From the NCBI GenBank assembly GCA_012840355.1, contig DULN01000009.1, forward strand, positions 134,414-198,413: a stretch of DNA of 64,000 bases, given 5' to 3'. How positions within the stretch are numbered: the first letter of the stretch is position 1; each line of letters begins with the position of its first letter. This document shows positions 53,242-62,702 of the stretch, in pieces. The notes beneath the pieces are model-generated. The model worked only from the letters and a program-made list of their open reading frames with translations. It ran no database searches and was not told the origin of the DNA. The position numbers and the translations under genes are program-made. The DNA comes from Clostridiales bacterium (lineage in GTDB: Bacteria; Bacillota; Clostridia; Oscillospirales; CAG-272).

Positions 53242-54371
53242 TTCGCTGCTTCGCCTCCTTCCGCCAGCTTCCCAGACTTTTCGGGCGGCACAGGTTTTGT
53301 CCATCCAAAATGTTTAGGCCTTGCAAATTTATCGATATACCATACAAGGAAGTTCATAATAAGTATAGCGAACGAAACGCCCTCCGGATAACCGCTGAAG
53401 TACCTGAAGAATACGGTCAGCGCGCCGCAGCAGATGCCGTATATAATGCGCCCTTTTTGGGTAACCGGCGAGGTTGTATAGTCGGTTGCCATGTAAATCG
53501 CGCCGAGCATTAGCCCACCGGAAAGAATCTGGCGCAGCGCATATTGTAGCGCTACCTGGTCGGACACCAGCGGCAGTTTGGGGAACAGCATTGTCAAAAT
53601 AAATACGGTACCGACAAACGATACGGGAATCCGCCACGATATCACACGGCGCACGAGCAAATATATGCCGCCCGCGACAAGAAGCAACGCCGACAGCTCG
53701 CCTATAGAGCCTGCGTGGTCGCCTATAAGAAGCGTAAACAAACCCTCGTCCGGCATCACGCCATTTTTAAAGGCGTGCAGCGGGGTAGCCGCCGCGACCG
53801 CATCGGCAGGCGTAGCGGACGCTTCGGGCGTCGCAGCGGCAACCGTATCAAGCGTAATCTCAAACGGCGACGGCTTGTCCATCACCGCTGAATAATCTCC
53901 CATATATGAGGGAAAAGAAATAAATAAGAACACTCTCGCTGCGAGTGCGGGGTTGACAATATTTTTGCCTATCCCGCCGTACAGCTGTTTTACGATAATT
54001 ATCGCAAATGCCGCGCCTACCACAGGAATCCATAGCGGGACGGTTACCGGCAAATTCATCACAAGCAAAAAGCCGGTTACCGCCGCGGAAAGGTCGCCGA
54101 CGGTTATAGGGCGCTTTAGTATCCATTGCACCAGCGCCTCAAACAGCACGCACGAAACAATTGAAATTATCCCAAGCGTCAGCGCGCGCCAGCCAAACAC
54201 ATAAATGCCCCATATATACGCAGGCGTAAGCGCTATAAGCACATCGGCCATCAATATCCTCGTGTTGTCCGGGTGCTTTATGTGCGGGGCTGACGATACC
54301 GTCAGCAGTGAGATTTCATCACGCGAAAGCGGCTGCGCGGTTGCTGCCTCCGCACGTTTTTTCTTAAGCAA
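53238..54371 (-). CDS. rnfD: Rnf complex subunit D
   Basis: 377 aa polytopic protein. SAPHIKHPDNT and GAIYMATDYTTSP (flavinylated Thr region). Confidence 0.9.
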   Translation of the reverse strand: MLKKKRAEAATAQPLSRDEISLLTVSSAPHIKHPDNTRILMADVLIALTPAYIWGIYVFGWRALTLGIISIVSCVLFEALVQWILKRPITVGDLSAAVTGFLLVMNLPVTVPLWIPVVGAAFAIIIVKQLYGGIGKNIVNPALAARVFLFISFPSYMGDYSAVMDKPSPFEITLDTVAAATPEASATPADAVAAATPLHAFKNGVMPDEGLFTLLIGDHAGSIGELSALLLVAGGIYLLVRRVISWRIPVSFVGTVFILTMLFPKLPLVSDQVALQYALRQILSGGLMLGAIYMATDYTTSPVTQKGRIIYGICCGALTVFFRYFSGYPEGVSFAILIMNFLVWYIDKFARPKHFGWTKPVPPEKSGKLAEGGEAAK

Positions 54372-54417
54372 AATATTATCCCTCCGGGGCAGAAATTTTT
54401 CGTCGAGCCTTTGCGGC

Positions 54418-55764
54418 TTACCTTGAAATTCTCGCGCCAGCTTTCTTTTTGGCTGCGATTATTTTGCTTTTTGCGTTTTTAACATGCTGAGTTACGGGGA
54501 AATAGCCGGGGCAGATATAGCTGCAAGCGCCACACTCGACGCACGCCTCGGCGCCGAAACGCTCGGCGTCCTCAAGCCGCCCCGCTATGTCAAACTCCGC
54601 AATATAGTTGGGCAAAAGGTACACCGGGCAAACCTCTGCGCACTTACCGCAGTGGATGCAGACCGGCGGCTGACCGTATTTGCCAACACCTTCAAACTCG
54701 CGTGATAGCACCAAAATCGCGTTTGTGCCTTTTGTCACCGGCGCCTCGGGGTCCCACTGCGCGACACCCATCATCGGGCCGCCGAAAATCAGCTTATACG
54801 GCTGCTTCACCAGCCCACCGCACGCCTCTATGACATCCATCGCGGACGCGCCGATAGGGACCAGCACATTACCCGGCTCACGTACGCAGTCGCCGTCGAC
54901 AGTGATGACACGTTCGATCAGTGGCGCCCCTTTGGCAAACGCGCGAAAAACTGCCGCCGTGGTCTCGGCATTAAAAATGACACACCCCACATCGGCGGGC
55001 AGCTTACCGGGAGGAAGCTCGCGCCCGGTAAGCGCAAAAATAAGCTGGCGCTCGTCGCCCTGCGGATATTTTGTTTTGCAGACTTGTACTTTGATAAGCT
55101 CGCTGTCTTTTAGTAACTCATTGAGCTTTTCGACCGCGTCGAGCTTGTTGTCCTCGACCGCGATATACGCTCTGCGCAGTGAAAGCGCTTTGAGCAAAAT
55201 CTTTGTGCCGTTGACAACCGAAGCGGGCGACTCAAGCATTGTACGGTGGTCGGCGGTTATAAACGGCTCGCATTCGGCACCGTTTATTATAAGGCTCGTA
55301 GCTTTGCCTATCGCCGACTGGATTTTTGCATACGTCGGGAAAGTCGCGCCGCCCATTCCGACAATCCCGGCATTTTTTACGACTTCTATTATTTCTTCAG
55401 GCGTTGTGTCGGGCAGCCGCTTTTCAAACGGCTTTATTGTTGCGGCATCCCTGTCCTCGAAATCGTTTTCGATTTCGACGCAGGTCACTTTGTTGCCCGT
55501 TGAGCCGATACGCTCATATACTGCCGTCACTTTTCCCGACACGCTCGCATGCACGGGAACACTGAGCCCCTCAGCCGCTTCACCGATAACCTGGCCGCGG
55601 TCAACGATGTCGCCGGGCTTTACTACCGGCACTGACGGTACGCCGATATGCTGGCTTAGCGGTATGCACACTTTCCGCGGGGCCGGGTCCATTCGCCGTA
55701 TCTGGGCGCGCCGCGTGTTTTTATATTCCTCGACATGCACGCCGCCGATAAAGGTACGTGCCAT
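54418..55764 (-). CDS. rnfC: Rnf complex subunit C
   Basis: 448 aa. GMGGATFPT, with CIHCGKCAEVCP and CVECGACSYICP clusters. Confidence 0.9.
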   Translation of the reverse strand: MARTFIGGVHVEEYKNTRRAQIRRMDPAPRKVCIPLSQHIGVPSVPVVKPGDIVDRGQVIGEAAEGLSVPVHASVSGKVTAVYERIGSTGNKVTCVEIENDFEDRDAATIKPFEKRLPDTTPEEIIEVVKNAGIVGMGGATFPTYAKIQSAIGKATSLIINGAECEPFITADHRTMLESPASVVNGTKILLKALSLRRAYIAVEDNKLDAVEKLNELLKDSELIKVQVCKTKYPQGDERQLIFALTGRELPPGKLPADVGCVIFNAETTAAVFRAFAKGAPLIERVITVDGDCVREPGNVLVPIGASAMDVIEACGGLVKQPYKLIFGGPMMGVAQWDPEAPVTKGTNAILVLSREFEGVGKYGQPPVCIHCGKCAEVCPVYLLPNYIAEFDIAGRLEDAERFGAEACVECGACSYICPGYFPVTQHVKNAKSKIIAAKKKAGARISR

Positions 55765-55855
55765 TAGCTACTGTTTCACTCCCAATTTTCACATTTTGCA
55801 ATAATGTTTTTGATATACCGCCATGTCTAAGTTATTATAACGGCCGATGCATATG

Positions 55856-55884
55856 ATTATATATCATCTTCCTTTTTATTTCAA
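55856..55884 (-). promoter_or_regulatory. Candidate rnf operon promoter
   Basis: The minus strand reads TTGAAA, 17 nt, TATAAT (plus-strand tttcaa 55879-55884, attata 55856-55861). Confidence 0.4.
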
Positions 55885-55929
55885 GCTGTAATTAATACTA
55901 CTTCCTAAAAATATTTTGAAGGCAGGGTG

Positions 55930-55958
55930 TTGACATTTCCCTGCGTTTATGATATAAT
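55930..55958 (+). promoter_or_regulatory. Consensus promoter for the tRNA pair
   Basis: TTGACA(55930-55935), 17 nt, TGaTATAAT with the -10 at 55953-55958. About 28 nt upstream of the tRNA 5' end. Confidence 0.6.
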
Positions 55959-55985
55959 ATACGAGCCTTTGATGTGGGGCATTAT

Positions 55986-56062
55986 GGCGGAATAGCTCAG
56001 TTGGTTAGAGCGATCGGTTCATACCCGATAGGTCGTGGGTTCGAATCCAACTTCCGCTACCA
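55986..56062 (+). tRNA. tRNA-Met (anticodon CAT, elongator type)
   Basis: Cloverleaf read by eye: GGCGGAA-TA-GCTC-AGTTGGTTA-GAGC-G-ATCGG-TTCATAC-CCGAT-AGGTC-GTGGG-TTCGAAT-CCAAC-TTCCGCT-A-CCA. It has a G1-U72 wobble and one G-A mismatch in the T stem. It lacks the three G-C pairs typical of initiator tRNA. A lysidine-modified Ile2 identity cannot be excluded. Confidence 0.8.
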
Positions 56063-56098
56063 TCCCGTCCGCAAATCCTTTGGACGGGCAACACATCC

Positions 56099-56173
56099 GG
56101 CCCGTTGGTCAAGTGGTTAAGACATCGCCCTTTCACGGCGGTAACAGGGGTTCGACTCCCCTACGGGTCACCA
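56099..56173 (+). tRNA. tRNA-Glu (anticodon TTC)
   Basis: GGCCCGT-TG-GTC-AAGTGGTTAA-GAC-A-TCGCC-CTTTCAC-GGCGG-TAAC-AGGGG-TTCGACT-CCCCT-ACGGGTC-A-CCA. Very close to the Bacillus-type tRNA-Glu as I recall it. Confidence 0.9.
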
Positions 56174-56176
56174 TAA

Positions 56177-56217
56177 CCCCGAGCCTCCAAAGCGGAGCGC
56201 TCGGGGGATTCTTTTTT
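56177..56217 (+). terminator. Strong rho-independent terminator after the tRNA pair
   Basis: CCCCGAGCCTCC ... GGAGcGCTCGGGG stem with one bulge, followed by GATTCTTTTTT. Confidence 0.8.
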
Positions 56218-56224
56218 CCAAGCG

Positions 56225-56262
56225 AAAAACCCCTAGCCGGCTTTGCGGCATAGGGGCTTTTT
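56225..56262 (-). terminator. Terminator of the yigZ / small-ORF transcript
   Basis: CCCCTAGCCGG ... CGGCATAGGGG stem (56230-56256), flanked by an A-run and a T-run. The minus strand has TTTTTCGCTT after the stem. Confidence 0.7.
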
Positions 56263-56555
56263 TATTTTTCGCTTTTCGGCTGCACGGCAAGAATATCCTC
56301 GTCGGGTGCATGCTGGCAGAGCCATTTCGCCTCGACGCAAAGCCTACCGCCAATGAGCTTAAGGTTTATTATGTCGTCATCCTTATACTCTTCGCAAAAC
56401 GCATCGAGGTTTTTGCCGGAGATTATTAGGTGCAACCTGCCGTTTATTATCTCGGCCTGTGCGCCATGCTCGTTTGCAAAGCGCCAAAAACGCTCAATGC
56501 TCCTCTTTTTTTGTGTTTCTTTTTCCTCAGGCGTAGCCAAAATGTTGTGGATCAT
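56262..56555 (-). CDS. Hypothetical small protein (97 aa), no recognisable motif
   Basis: ORF located 17 nt downstream of yigZ with its own terminator. Sequence MIHNILATPEEKETQKKRSIERFWRFANEHGAQAEIINGRLHLIISGKNLDAF... Confidence 0.5.
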   Translation of the reverse strand: MIHNILATPEEKETQKKRSIERFWRFANEHGAQAEIINGRLHLIISGKNLDAFCEEYKDDDIINLKLIGGRLCVEAKWLCQHAPDEDILAVQPKSEK

Positions 56556-56572
56556 TTTTATCTCCTTATTCT

Positions 56573-57205
56573 TTACTTAACCAGTCTCGGGCGCTGCTCA
56601 GTGCTTATCTTTTGCGGTATGGCTTTGCCGTTTGTGAGCGAGGTGATTTTATTTTTCACTTCTTCATACCTTTCGCTTTCCACAGCAGCTTTTATCTTAA
56701 CGTCAGCCTCAAACTCCGTCGACTCCACACTCACGCCCATCCTGGGCAGCTCGTATGCGAGCTTTTGATAGTCCGAGTAGTTTGTTGCAATCATAAAGAT
56801 CATGAAAGGCACCCACTCGGCTATGCCCGCCGCATCTATCGCCGCTTTTGCGGCTGCCGAATACGCGCGCGTCAGACCGCCCGCACCGAGCAGTATCCCG
56901 CCGAAATAGCGGGTAACCACGACGGCGCAGTCGTCAAGCCCCGACTTGCGGAGCACTTCAAGCGCCGGCAGCCCCGCGGTACCCTGCGGCTCGCCGTCGT
57001 CCGAGCAGCGGGCAACTGCGCCTCCGCGAAGGGTATACGCCCACACATTATGCGTCGCGTCGGCATATTTTTCTCTTATTGACGCGATAAATGCGCGCGC
57101 TTCCTCCTCGCTCGACACCGGCGAGATATGCCCGATAAATCGCGATTTACGCTCGACAAATTCTGCCGATGCCCTTTTTGCGGGTGACAGCTTGAATTTT
57201 GCCAT
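56573..57205 (-). CDS. yigZ: YigZ/IMPACT family protein (UPF0029)
   Basis: 210 aa. ERKSRFIGHISPV, ATHNVWAY, SDDGEPQGTAGLPALEVL. Confidence 0.85.
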   Translation of the reverse strand: MAKFKLSPAKRASAEFVERKSRFIGHISPVSSEEEARAFIASIREKYADATHNVWAYTLRGGAVARCSDDGEPQGTAGLPALEVLRKSGLDDCAVVVTRYFGGILLGAGGLTRAYSAAAKAAIDAAGIAEWVPFMIFMIATNYSDYQKLAYELPRMGVSVESTEFEADVKIKAAVESERYEEVKNKITSLTNGKAIPQKISTEQRPRLVK

Positions 57206-57206
57206 C

Positions 57207-58124
57207 TCACTCGTCCATTTTGAGTTTTTCAGGATTATATAACGGCTGCGTCCAAAGCATCGCGCCGGTCCTGCCGACGGCTTCGATGCGGACGTAGTCC
57301 TCGTCGCCGTGGGTCATGTATGTAGCCGACTCACCTTCTGCTTCAGCGAGAATGTGCCCGTTTTTGCCGATGAAGCGGAAGCGCAGAATGTCGCGGTAGT
57401 TTCTGATATGACGCGCCTGCACGCGGATGAATTTACCGTCGTAATCAAGGCTGGTGAGCAGCAGCCCCGTCGAAACGTAAAACTCGCCGGCTTTCGATGC
57501 GGCTATAACGCTTTCCGGGGTAAGGTCGCAGAAATAGATATTAAAGGCGCGCGCAAAATGCCACCAGCGGTGGAAGTCGTCGGACCCGAACGCCCAAATG
57601 AGCCTGCCCGACGAAAGCACCTCGTCATACACGTCCGTAGCAAGCCCGGACGAAGGAGTTCCGTTGTAGGGCGGACGAATCTCTTCGCAGCCGCCGTTTA
57701 AAATCTCCATGCCGAGGTAGCGCCGGACGTTATATAGATACTCGCGCGGCAAAATTTCCTTGCCGTTAAACCAGTTGGGATGGCACATTATCGCGAACCC
57801 GCCGTCGGCAATCGCGCTGTCGACCGCAGCCTGATGCGAGGACATCTCGACCTTACCAGTGCCGACGCATACCAGGTGCACCGTCGAGGTCGTGTACTCG
57901 TAGCCGGGCACTAGGCACATGCCGCAATCTTTGTACGGCGCGGGGTCTGTGTATAGGTTATGGTTAGAGATTGTAAGTATCGAGTAGCCGGTGTCTTTAT
58001 AGAGCTTTAGAACCTCGGGGATTTCGTAAGCGCCGCAGGTGTTTGGGCCGGTTCCGGCATGCGTGTGGAAATTTGCAAGCCTTACTACGCCGAAATCAAC
58101 TTTTGCATAGGGATTAACCAACAT
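57207..58124 (-). CDS. PHP/CehA-like metal-dependent hydrolase (putative)
   Basis: 305 aa from the ATG at 58124 (GGGAG RBS, just after the upstream stop). ANFHTHAGTG, ISNHN, IMCHPNW His-rich motifs. The longer ORF-track start is rejected. Confidence 0.55.
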   Translation of the reverse strand: MLVNPYAKVDFGVVRLANFHTHAGTGPNTCGAYEIPEVLKLYKDTGYSILTISNHNLYTDPAPYKDCGMCLVPGYEYTTSTVHLVCVGTGKVEMSSHQAAVDSAIADGGFAIMCHPNWFNGKEILPREYLYNVRRYLGMEILNGGCEEIRPPYNGTPSSGLATDVYDEVLSSGRLIWAFGSDDFHRWWHFARAFNIYFCDLTPESVIAASKAGEFYVSTGLLLTSLDYDGKFIRVQARHIRNYRDILRFRFIGKNGHILAEAEGESATYMTHGDEDYVRIEAVGRTGAMLWTQPLYNPEKLKMDE

Positions 58125-58129
58125 TTGTT

Positions 58130-59296
58130 TCACTCCCAGTATATAGTTTTGCCGCAATACTCGCGGATCACTCTTTCGCATAAGTCGCGGTCGCCGCAGA
58201 GGACAATCGGGCACGGCAGCATCGCCGCGTTATCGCGCAAAAACTCCACATCACCCATACCCATAACCCTCACAAGCGCATACTCGCCCTCATAGTCGAA
58301 AAGCTCCTCGTCGGCAGCCACAGGCTCGGGCAGCCGCGCCGGGTCGATTTCGGCTACCTCTTTCGTGTTGCAAACGAGCAGCGAGCTGTCTTTTTTAGGA
58401 ATCTCCTCGAGCGGCTCGAAAGCGTCAACCGCCTCTCGTATGCGCTTTATATATTTGTCGTCGGTACCGCAGCAGCCGCCGAGCACATATACGCCTGCCT
58501 CGAGAAACTTCGGCGCGTACTCTCCGAAACTGTCGGCGTCAAGGTCAAACTTCTTCCCCTCCGCCGATTCCTGCGGCATCCCGGCGTTGGGTTTGGCTAT
58601 TAGCGCCACGCCCAACCCCGCCGCAAATGGCACCAGCGGCTCGAGAACATTTAGCATGTCACCGGGGCCGACCGAGCAGTTTGTGCCGAACGCGCTTATC
58701 CCAAGCTCGGCAAGCGAAAGCAGCGCGCATAGCAGGCTGTCGCCCGACATCGTGCGCCCGCTTTTATCGACCGTAAGGGTGGCGAATACCGGCTTATTTG
58801 ACACGCTCTTTATCCCCGTCACCGCGGCGCGCGTTTCGGCAAGGCTTATATTTGTTTCGCAGACGAAAAAGTCGACATATGGATCAAGCGACGCGGCTTG
58901 CTCGGCATAAACCTTGGCTATCTCGTCAAATTCCGCGTCGCCGAACGGGCGCATAAACTTGCCTGTCGGCGACAGGTCACCCGCAACAAGGCCAGCGCCC
59001 AACCCGCGCGAAATTGAGGCTAGTGCGGCGTTGCGCTCGGCGCAGTCAAAAAGCCCATGCCGCTCGAGCACTAAGCGGTTGCCGCCGAATGTAGGCGCAA
59101 GCACGGCGTCGGAGCCTGCGGCATAGTAGCGGCGCTGGATTTCGCATAGCACTTCCGGGTGCTCGGGAATCCATTTTTCAGGGCATACACCGGCAGGCAT
59201 GCCGGCAGCCATCAGCGCAGTGCCCGTCGCGCCGTCGAGCACGAAAGGTAACGGGAACTCCTTCGGAAACCGATAGAATATATCGTGTAAGCTCAT
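58130..59296 (-). CDS. Homocysteine S-methyltransferase-domain protein with an extra roughly 100-aa C-terminal domain
   Basis: LDGATGTALMAAGMP, FGTNCSVGP, VLGGCCGT (Zn-binding Cys pair). Starts at ATG 59296 or 59329. Confidence 0.75.
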   Translation of the reverse strand: MSLHDIFYRFPKEFPLPFVLDGATGTALMAAGMPAGVCPEKWIPEHPEVLCEIQRRYYAAGSDAVLAPTFGGNRLVLERHGLFDCAERNAALASISRGLGAGLVAGDLSPTGKFMRPFGDAEFDEIAKVYAEQAASLDPYVDFFVCETNISLAETRAAVTGIKSVSNKPVFATLTVDKSGRTMSGDSLLCALLSLAELGISAFGTNCSVGPGDMLNVLEPLVPFAAGLGVALIAKPNAGMPQESAEGKKFDLDADSFGEYAPKFLEAGVYVLGGCCGTDDKYIKRIREAVDAFEPLEEIPKKDSSLLVCNTKEVAEIDPARLPEPVAADEELFDYEGEYALVRVMGMGDVEFLRDNAAMLPCPIVLCGDRDLCERVIREYCGKTIYWE

Positions 59297-59330
59297 GGCA
59301 TTTTCCTTGCTATCGGGGGTGCGCCCCATT

Positions 59331-61583
59331 TTATTTGCACTCGCATTTTTTATACTCGGCGATAAAGTCGACTACCGCCTGCCGGTCGGCGTACGGATGC
59401 TCGTCGTCCACCACAAAAAACATATACGTGCTTGTGTCGTTTCTCATGCCATCGGTAACGCTGCACTCGACATAAAACACACGGCCGGTTCCTTCCACTT
59501 TCCACTCAAAATCGCCGTCGAACGTTGCCAGCACATTTTTATTAGAGTCGTGTATCCTTACCGTAACCTTGCAGCCCTCGCCGCGTGCGTCCTCGCGGGT
59601 ATCGTCGTGCACAAACGGCAAGCCGCGGAAAATCTCGCCCTCTCTCCACACTAGCTTATCGTAACGCATCGATATATGGAAGCTTTTCAGCGCGTCGCGG
59701 AAGAACCAGTAGGCGAACTTTGGCTGCATGTAGTAGTCGACAAGGCAGGTGCACGACACATTCGGCCACGGCTCATTAAACTGCCATATTATAGAGCCGC
59801 AGTTTTGCCATGCCCTGCGGCGGTTAGCCTCGACCGCATAGCGTATGCCCTCAGCTTGCATGTACTGCGAAAGCATCACAAATAGCTCAAGCTCGTCCTC
59901 AGCAAGCTCGCCAAAGATGGGCTTTTCGCGATACTCGTAAGTGTCCCACCACTCGCCGTGATGGCGCCAGACGAAATTTTCCGCCATCGTTGTTACCTTG
60001 CGATTTTTCGGCGAGAGTATCGTGCGCAGCGCCTCAATGTTTGTCATGCCGTCGCAGCCGAACTCGCTGTGCAGCTGGGCGGGCGAGGTATTGTAGAGTT
60101 TGTAATGCCCCTCCACGCCCGCGTATTTCCACGGGCCATGCACGTCGTGGTTGTCCTCGGGTCGCGACGGATCGATGCTCCCGAGAGGGCCGGATGCCGA
60201 CGTGGGCAGCATCAGCCGGTCAGGGTCGAGCCTGTCCACTATCGACTTGAGCATCGCGAGGTTTTTATTTTCAAACGTCGCGGGTATCCATTTGTCGCTG
60301 GGGTCAAACAGCTCGTTTCCGCCGCTCCAGTAGGTCAGCGACACATGGTTGCGCTTTTCCTTAACGGCGGTTTCTGCAGTCGCGGCTATCAGCTTTAAAA
60401 ACTCCGGCTTTTCGGACGGCGTGTTGTCGATACCCGACGAGGACTGGATAAACTCCTGCCACACCATAATGCCGTACCGGTCGCAGAGGTCGTAAAAGTC
60501 CTCGCTTTCGATTATGCCGCCACCCCAGACGCGTATGAGGTTGACGCCTGCGTCTTTCGCGAGCCGCAACATTTTGTCATATCGCTCGCGCGTGACAGCG
60601 CCATACATATGGTCAAGCGGCGTGATATTGACTCCCTTAAGATAAATGCGCTTGCCGTTGACGCGGACAAGGTAAGGCAGCGAAGCGTCGTTTGCGCCGT
60701 CGCAGCGCTCGTATGAGAGCGTGCGCAGGCCGACTTTAAACTCGCGCGAGTCCGAAAGCTCGCCGGACTTATCGTATAGCTTTACGGAAAGGTCATAAAG
60801 CGGCTGCTCGCCGTAGCCGTTCGGGTACCAAAGCTTTGGATTTTCAACCGGTATCTCAAGCAACCCTGCCGATTCGCCCTCCGCCGAGCCGACATGCTCG
60901 CCATTGAAAAAGAGCTCGGCGTGCAGCCTACCGCCTTCGCCGTCTACTTCGGCTGCATATGTGACCTTGCCGTCTATATAGCGGATATGCGACGACTCGA
61001 TCGCCGCGCCGCCGACGGCTTCAAAATACACTTTATCGTACAGCCCGAGGTGTATCATCCTCGTGCCGAAATCCCACTTGTAGGTAAAACGCGCTTTTTG
61101 CGTGAAGGTTTCGCGGGTGTAGCCGATCTGCCCCATTTCGTCCGGCGCGCTTTCAAGCACTACCTGGACGACGTTTTCCTCGCCAAACTTTACATACTGG
61201 GTAACGTCAAGCACGACATGCGTATACATGCCCTCGTGCACTACTTTAGGCATGTCGTTAAAAAAAATATGCGCTTTATAGTCAATCCCGCGGAAGACGA
61301 GCCTTATCCGCTTGCAGCGTAAATCCTCGGGAATCACACATGAAGTACGGTACATCCACCAGCGCTGCGGGACCCATTCACACAAAAGCGAGTTCATCTC
61401 ATAATACGGGTCCTCAATCAGCCCCGCGCGCAAAAGATCCATGTGGATTGAGCCGGGGACTTTTGCGGGTATCGAAGGCGTAACGCCGCCGTGAATGGCG
61501 CCGGTCTCAACCGAGCGGTTCCAAATGGCGGTATAGGGCCAAAATCCCGCAAGCTGCCAATCTGTAAGGTATAAAAATATCAC
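59331..61583 (-). CDS. Glycoside hydrolase family 2, beta-mannosidase / exo-beta-glucosaminidase-like
   Basis: 750 aa with no signal peptide. VPGSIHMDLLRAGLIEDPYY, RVWGGGIIE, MVWQEF, YWSGGNEL (acid/base Glu). Confidence 0.8.
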   Translation of the reverse strand: MIFLYLTDWQLAGFWPYTAIWNRSVETGAIHGGVTPSIPAKVPGSIHMDLLRAGLIEDPYYEMNSLLCEWVPQRWWMYRTSCVIPEDLRCKRIRLVFRGIDYKAHIFFNDMPKVVHEGMYTHVVLDVTQYVKFGEENVVQVVLESAPDEMGQIGYTRETFTQKARFTYKWDFGTRMIHLGLYDKVYFEAVGGAAIESSHIRYIDGKVTYAAEVDGEGGRLHAELFFNGEHVGSAEGESAGLLEIPVENPKLWYPNGYGEQPLYDLSVKLYDKSGELSDSREFKVGLRTLSYERCDGANDASLPYLVRVNGKRIYLKGVNITPLDHMYGAVTRERYDKMLRLAKDAGVNLIRVWGGGIIESEDFYDLCDRYGIMVWQEFIQSSSGIDNTPSEKPEFLKLIAATAETAVKEKRNHVSLTYWSGGNELFDPSDKWIPATFENKNLAMLKSIVDRLDPDRLMLPTSASGPLGSIDPSRPEDNHDVHGPWKYAGVEGHYKLYNTSPAQLHSEFGCDGMTNIEALRTILSPKNRKVTTMAENFVWRHHGEWWDTYEYREKPIFGELAEDELELFVMLSQYMQAEGIRYAVEANRRRAWQNCGSIIWQFNEPWPNVSCTCLVDYYMQPKFAYWFFRDALKSFHISMRYDKLVWREGEIFRGLPFVHDDTREDARGEGCKVTVRIHDSNKNVLATFDGDFEWKVEGTGRVFYVECSVTDGMRNDTSTYMFFVVDDEHPYADRQAVVDFIAEYKKCECK

Positions 61584-61774
61584 ATATATCGCCTCCGGTT
61601 CGACATGAATTTATGATATACCACGCGAGTGGCAAAGTCAAGCAAAAGCGCAAAAAATATTAAGGAAGGCTTTTGCAGTATGCAGCATAATTGCATAAAA
61701 ATAAGCAATTATAAAATAATTGTTGATTTTTTGTCACGCGCGTAGTATAATTATTATAAAAATTCCGGAGGACA

Positions 61775-62599
61775 TTGCATATGAAAAACATGACTAAACT
61801 CCTCGCCGCCATTTGCGCGATTATACTCGCCGCGGCGGCATTGGGCTGCTCATCGAATGTTCCCCCAAACACGGTATTTTCTATTGACGACTTGCCGGGC
61901 AAAGTTATAGGCGTCCAGCTCGGGACTACCGGCGACATTTATGCTTCGGAATATGAAGAGCCCGAGGACCCGAATGTTCCTGCTTCCAAAATTGAGCGGT
62001 TTAAGAAAGGCTCCGAAGCAGTTATGGCTTTAAAGCAGGGCAAAGTCGACTGCGTCATTATCGACAGCGAGCCGGCAAAGGCGTTCGTAGCCAAAAACAA
62101 GGATCTTAAGATTCTCGACGAGCCGTTTGCCGAAGAGGAGTATGCAATTTGCATCGCTAAGGATAAAACCGAGCTCAAGGAGAAGATTAACGCTGCTCTC
62201 GCCGAGCTCAAGGCTGATGGCACGCTTGACAATATAATCAAAAACTACATAGGAGACGACACCAAGGGCAAATACCCCTATGTTTCCCCTGAAGGGATCG
62301 AACGCTCTAACGGCACGCTTGACATGGCGACCAACGCCGCGTTTGAACCTTACGAATATTATGAAAACGACAAGATAGTCGGCATCGACGTCGACCTCGC
62401 GCAGGCAATTGCCGACAAGCTCGGCATGGAGCTTGTGATTAACGACATGGACTTCGATGCTATCATCGCCGCGGTGCAGAGCGGCAAGGCTGACATCGGT
62501 GTCGCGGGAATGACCATTACAGAAGACCGCCTTAAGAGCGTCGATTTCACCGAGCCTTATACCAAAGCCAAGCAGGTTATAATAGTCCGCGCAAATTAA
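61775..62599 (+). CDS. Amino-acid ABC transporter substrate-binding lipoprotein
   Basis: 274 aa. Lipobox AAALGCSS. Family 3 SBP pattern (DLPGKVIGVQLGTTGD, DIGVAGMTITEDR). Confidence 0.85.
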   Translation: MHMKNMTKLLAAICAIILAAAALGCSSNVPPNTVFSIDDLPGKVIGVQLGTTGDIYASEYEEPEDPNVPASKIERFKKGSEAVMALKQGKVDCVIIDSEPAKAFVAKNKDLKILDEPFAEEEYAICIAKDKTELKEKINAALAELKADGTLDNIIKNYIGDDTKGKYPYVSPEGIERSNGTLDMATNAAFEPYEYYENDKIVGIDVDLAQAIADKLGMELVINDMDFDAIIAAVQSGKADIGVAGMTITEDRLKSVDFTEPYTKAKQVIIVRAN

Positions 62600-62618
62600 G
62601 CGGGCGCTAAAACGGATG

Positions 62619-62650
62619 GCGGCGGGGAAAATTAGAAAAAGCCCCGCCGC
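62619..62650 (+). other. 9-bp GC hairpin between the binding-protein and permease genes (intra-operon attenuator or stabiliser)
   Basis: GCGGCGGGG(62619-62627), 14-nt loop, CCCCGCCGC(62642-62650). Only a weak T-run follows. Confidence 0.4.
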
Positions 62651-62702
62651 TATAGTTTGAAAAGAAAAAGCCCAAATAATAGACGATATATGGAAAATAT
62701 AG

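Noticed and set aside
54680-55804. 374-aa plus-strand ORF.
   Set aside because: It is antisense to rnfC. Its translation is Ser/Thr/Ala/Pro-rich and low in complexity.
56035-56253. 72-aa plus-strand ORF.
   Set aside because: It runs through both tRNA genes and their terminator, so it is not coding.
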